This document shows, piece after piece, positions 61,922-64,000 of a stretch of DNA of 64,000 bases. The stretch comes from Chthoniobacteraceae bacterium. GTDB taxonomy: Bacteria > Verrucomicrobiota > Verrucomicrobiia > Chthoniobacterales > Chthoniobacteraceae. The stretch is from positions 15,635 through 79,634 of the forward strand of contig JANNWY010000141.1 of NCBI GenBank assembly GCA_031409335.1. Reading direction: 5' to 3'. The notes below the pieces were generated by a model. It was given only the letters and a program-made list of their open reading frames with translations, was not told the DNA's origin and did no database searches. The position numbers and the translations under genes are program-made. The stretch's first letter is position 1. Every line of letters starts with the position of its first letter.

Positions 61922-62028
61922 ACTTTGAAAGTTGGACGTTGAACGTTGGACGTTGAAAGTTCGCCCGCCGCAGGCGCTCTGAAAAATGAACGTTCAACGT
62001 TCAACTTCCAACGTCCAACTTTCAAAGT
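61922..62028. repeat. Long inverted repeat built from heptamer units (GTTGRAC / GTYCAAC)
   Basis: Arms 61922-61962 and 61988-62028, 41 bp with 4 mismatches, 25-nt loop. Confidence 0.85.
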
Positions 62029-62036
62029 GGCAGCCT

Positions 62037-62732
62037 TCACTCCTTCATCCCGCGATAACGCCAAGCCGTGTAACCTTTGTCCGTGAGAAAAGTAAGTCGC
62101 ATCGAGTTCAGCAGCACCTTCCAAGTCGGCGGCGACCCCGCTTCGTACGCGGACAGGCGCGTTTTCTTCGCGTCTTCCCATCCGGCGAAAAGCAGCACGT
62201 GCGCATTGTGCCGATTGAGAATGTCGCCGGGCTTCATCCGCGCGAAGTCCGGGAGCGGTTCGCAAAGCGCGGTGAGTTCGCGCGTCGAGTAGCTGCGCGG
62301 CAGTTTCCAGCAATGCGAGATCAGCCCGCTGCAATCGATGCCGACCGCGTGTTTGCTCACCGCGCGATCAAGCAGGCGGCGTTTCTCCAGCGTGTAGATG
62401 TCGCCCGCGAATTTCCCCGCGCGCAGGCCAGCATCGAAGGATTCCGGCGTATCGAAGCCGCCCCACATGTAAGGCATGCCAACGTTCTTCTGATCGGCCC
62501 GCCACCAGCCAGGACGCACGCCTTTTGGCGAAAAGGCAGCGTCCGGCGTATCAACGCGCACGCCATCGGCATCGTGACCGTGCAAAGCGTTGCGGTCATC
62601 GGCGGTCCATTCGTGCAGGAGATAACTTCGCGCGATTCGCAATGCTTCACCGCGCTTGACACTCGTCGGCGCATCCGCGGCAAATGCGTTCGCGGCGAGC
62701 AGGAAAAAGAGCAGAAATCCGCGCCTCATCAT
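62037..62732 (-). CDS. Secreted NlpC/P60-like cysteine peptidase
   Basis: Signal peptide, PYMWGG, GIDCSG, PGDIL and HV motifs. Confidence 0.78.
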   Translation of the reverse strand: MMRRGFLLFFLLAANAFAADAPTSVKRGEALRIARSYLLHEWTADDRNALHGHDADGVRVDTPDAAFSPKGVRPGWWRADQKNVGMPYMWGGFDTPESFDAGLRAGKFAGDIYTLEKRRLLDRAVSKHAVGIDCSGLISHCWKLPRSYSTRELTALCEPLPDFARMKPGDILNRHNAHVLLFAGWEDAKKTRLSAYEAGSPPTWKVLLNSMRLTFLTDKGYTAWRYRGMKE

Positions 62733-64000
62733 TCACCTTTCAAGTACCCGATCAGATCCGCGAGATCCTGATGTGACATCGCCGCCTCAAGCCCCGCCGG
62801 CATCAGTGAGCCAGGCAGCGCTTCGATGCGCGTGGTGTTCGCGCGCAGGATCGTTTCCTCCGCCCCGAGCGGCATCCGCAGCGTGAGACTCGTCGCCGTC
62901 TCGCTCGCGAGGATGCCACCGAGCGTGCGCCCGTCCTTCGTCTCGATCAGATAGGCCGCGAACGCCGGCGCGACCTCCGCCTCGGGGACCACGATGTGAA
63001 AGAGGATCGACTCCTTCGGCTGATTCCGCATGTCGAAAAGATCGGGTCCGACGGTGTAACCTTCGCGGTCGAGACGATGGCAGGACGCGCAGAGCGTCTT
63101 AAAAAGTTCGCGCCCGTGCCCGGCGTCCGCTTTCAGCGCGAGCGCCGCCTTCGCGACCTCGAACGCCTTCGGGCGATCCCCCGCGATCGCTGTGCCAAAC
63201 AGCTTCTCTGCGCGCGCGCGGATCGCGGCGTCTTTGTGTTTTAGAAAAAGCGAACGCCGCTGCAGGTTCAGTGCATTCGCGGGAAACGCGCTGCCTTCCA
63301 CCACGGCAAGGATACCAGCCAAATGCGCCGGACGCGCGAGTAGCGCCGAGAGAATCGTCTCGCGAATTTCAGGCGTGGCGTTCGTCCAGCGATCCTTCGC
63401 GAGCAGGGTGGCTACGACTTCGGATTCATCGAAACCGATCAGCGCGCGGATTGCCGCGTTTCGCAAAACGTCGTTGCCGGGTTCGCTTGAGAGCTTCAGC
63501 AAAGTCTCGCGTGCGACCGGCCACGGACATCGCGCGAGGAATCGCACTGCAAGCTGACGGCGCATCGGATCGTTGGCGGAATCCAGCGCGTGGTGCGTGG
63601 CGGCGAGAATCCGTTCATCGTCCGTCACCATTTCGATGCGCTTTTGCGCGGCCTCCGAGATTCCCACGAGAAGCGCCGCGCTCACCTCGAATATGTCGCC
63701 ACGGCTGACGGGTGCATCGAGTTTCGCGATTTGTTTCAGCGGGTCGCCGCCATCGTTGACCATGCGGCCAAGGTCCATGAGCAGTTCCAGCGAGCCGCTG
63801 GAAATCGTTCCCAGTTCACCAAGATATGCGCTCAAAAATTCCCCGATTCGTCCGTGGATACCGCTTAACACCGCCGCGCGCATCCAGCGGTCGTCGGCAT
63901 CGCGCGCGGCGATCATTGCGAGTGCCGCGGTGGACTCGGGCGTGTTGGTGTTTCCCAACGCGAGCGCCGCGTCGAGCGGCCAGCCACGGGGCATTGCCGC
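62729..64000 (-). CDS. PVC-type heme-binding CxxCH protein (C-terminal part; 5' end lies beyond the window)
   Basis: HEAT-like helices, CASCH..VGPDL and SLMPAGLE..DLADLIGYL. Confidence 0.88.
   Translation of the reverse strand, partial: AAMPRGWPLDAALALGNTNTPESTAALAMIAARDADDRWMRAAVLSGIHGRIGEFLSAYLGELGTISSGSLELLMDLGRMVNDGGDPLKQIAKLDAPVSRGDIFEVSAALLVGISEAAQKRIEMVTDDERILAATHHALDSANDPMRRQLAVRFLARCPWPVARETLLKLSSEPGNDVLRNAAIRALIGFDESEVVATLLAKDRWTNATPEIRETILSALLARPAHLAGILAVVEGSAFPANALNLQRRSLFLKHKDAAIRARAEKLFGTAIAGDRPKAFEVAKAALALKADAGHGRELFKTLCASCHRLDREGYTVGPDLFDMRNQPKESILFHIVVPEAEVAPAFAAYLIETKDGRTLGGILASETATSLTLRMPLGAEETILRANTTRIEALPGSLMPAGLEAAMSHQDLADLIGYLKGE

Overview
GC-rich bacterial window, most likely from Verrucomicrobiota (Chthoniobacterales/Spartobacteria-like). 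This is inferred from PEP-CTERM proteins, lamin-tail/CotH proteins, PVC-type CxxCH proteins, a GntR-LacI hybrid regulator and a PVC-style Ser/Thr kinase. The left ~40 kb is an accessory cell-surface region. It holds a WD40 kinase, three autotransporter-repeat PEP-CTERM proteins (one frameshifted at a G5 run, two from a tandem duplication that copied a putative operator), two secreted CotH kinases, an FkbM methyltransferase, a GT-C-like membrane protein, a BNR beta-propeller protein flanked by two mini-genes, and an IS5 remnant. The right part holds more core genes (hpt, mpl, MpaA-like peptidase, MoxR/DUF58, HU, MFS), a translationally coupled HlyD-GT2-GH26 polysaccharide operon with a sigma54-type promoter, a MITE, and two PVC-type cytochrome genes. 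No rRNA, tRNA or CRISPR array was seen. Best leads: (1) a 51-aa gene that copies the N-terminal KAxxRLxLFxxQRG leader of the neighbouring signal-peptide-less BNR protein; (2) the HlyD-GT2-GH26 operon; (3) an in-frame, low-GC, hyper-diverged segment in a PVC cytochrome gene lying downstream of a heptamer-repeat hairpin; (4) a C-terminal domain shared by several secreted proteins. All calls come from reading motifs by eye; no database searches were run.
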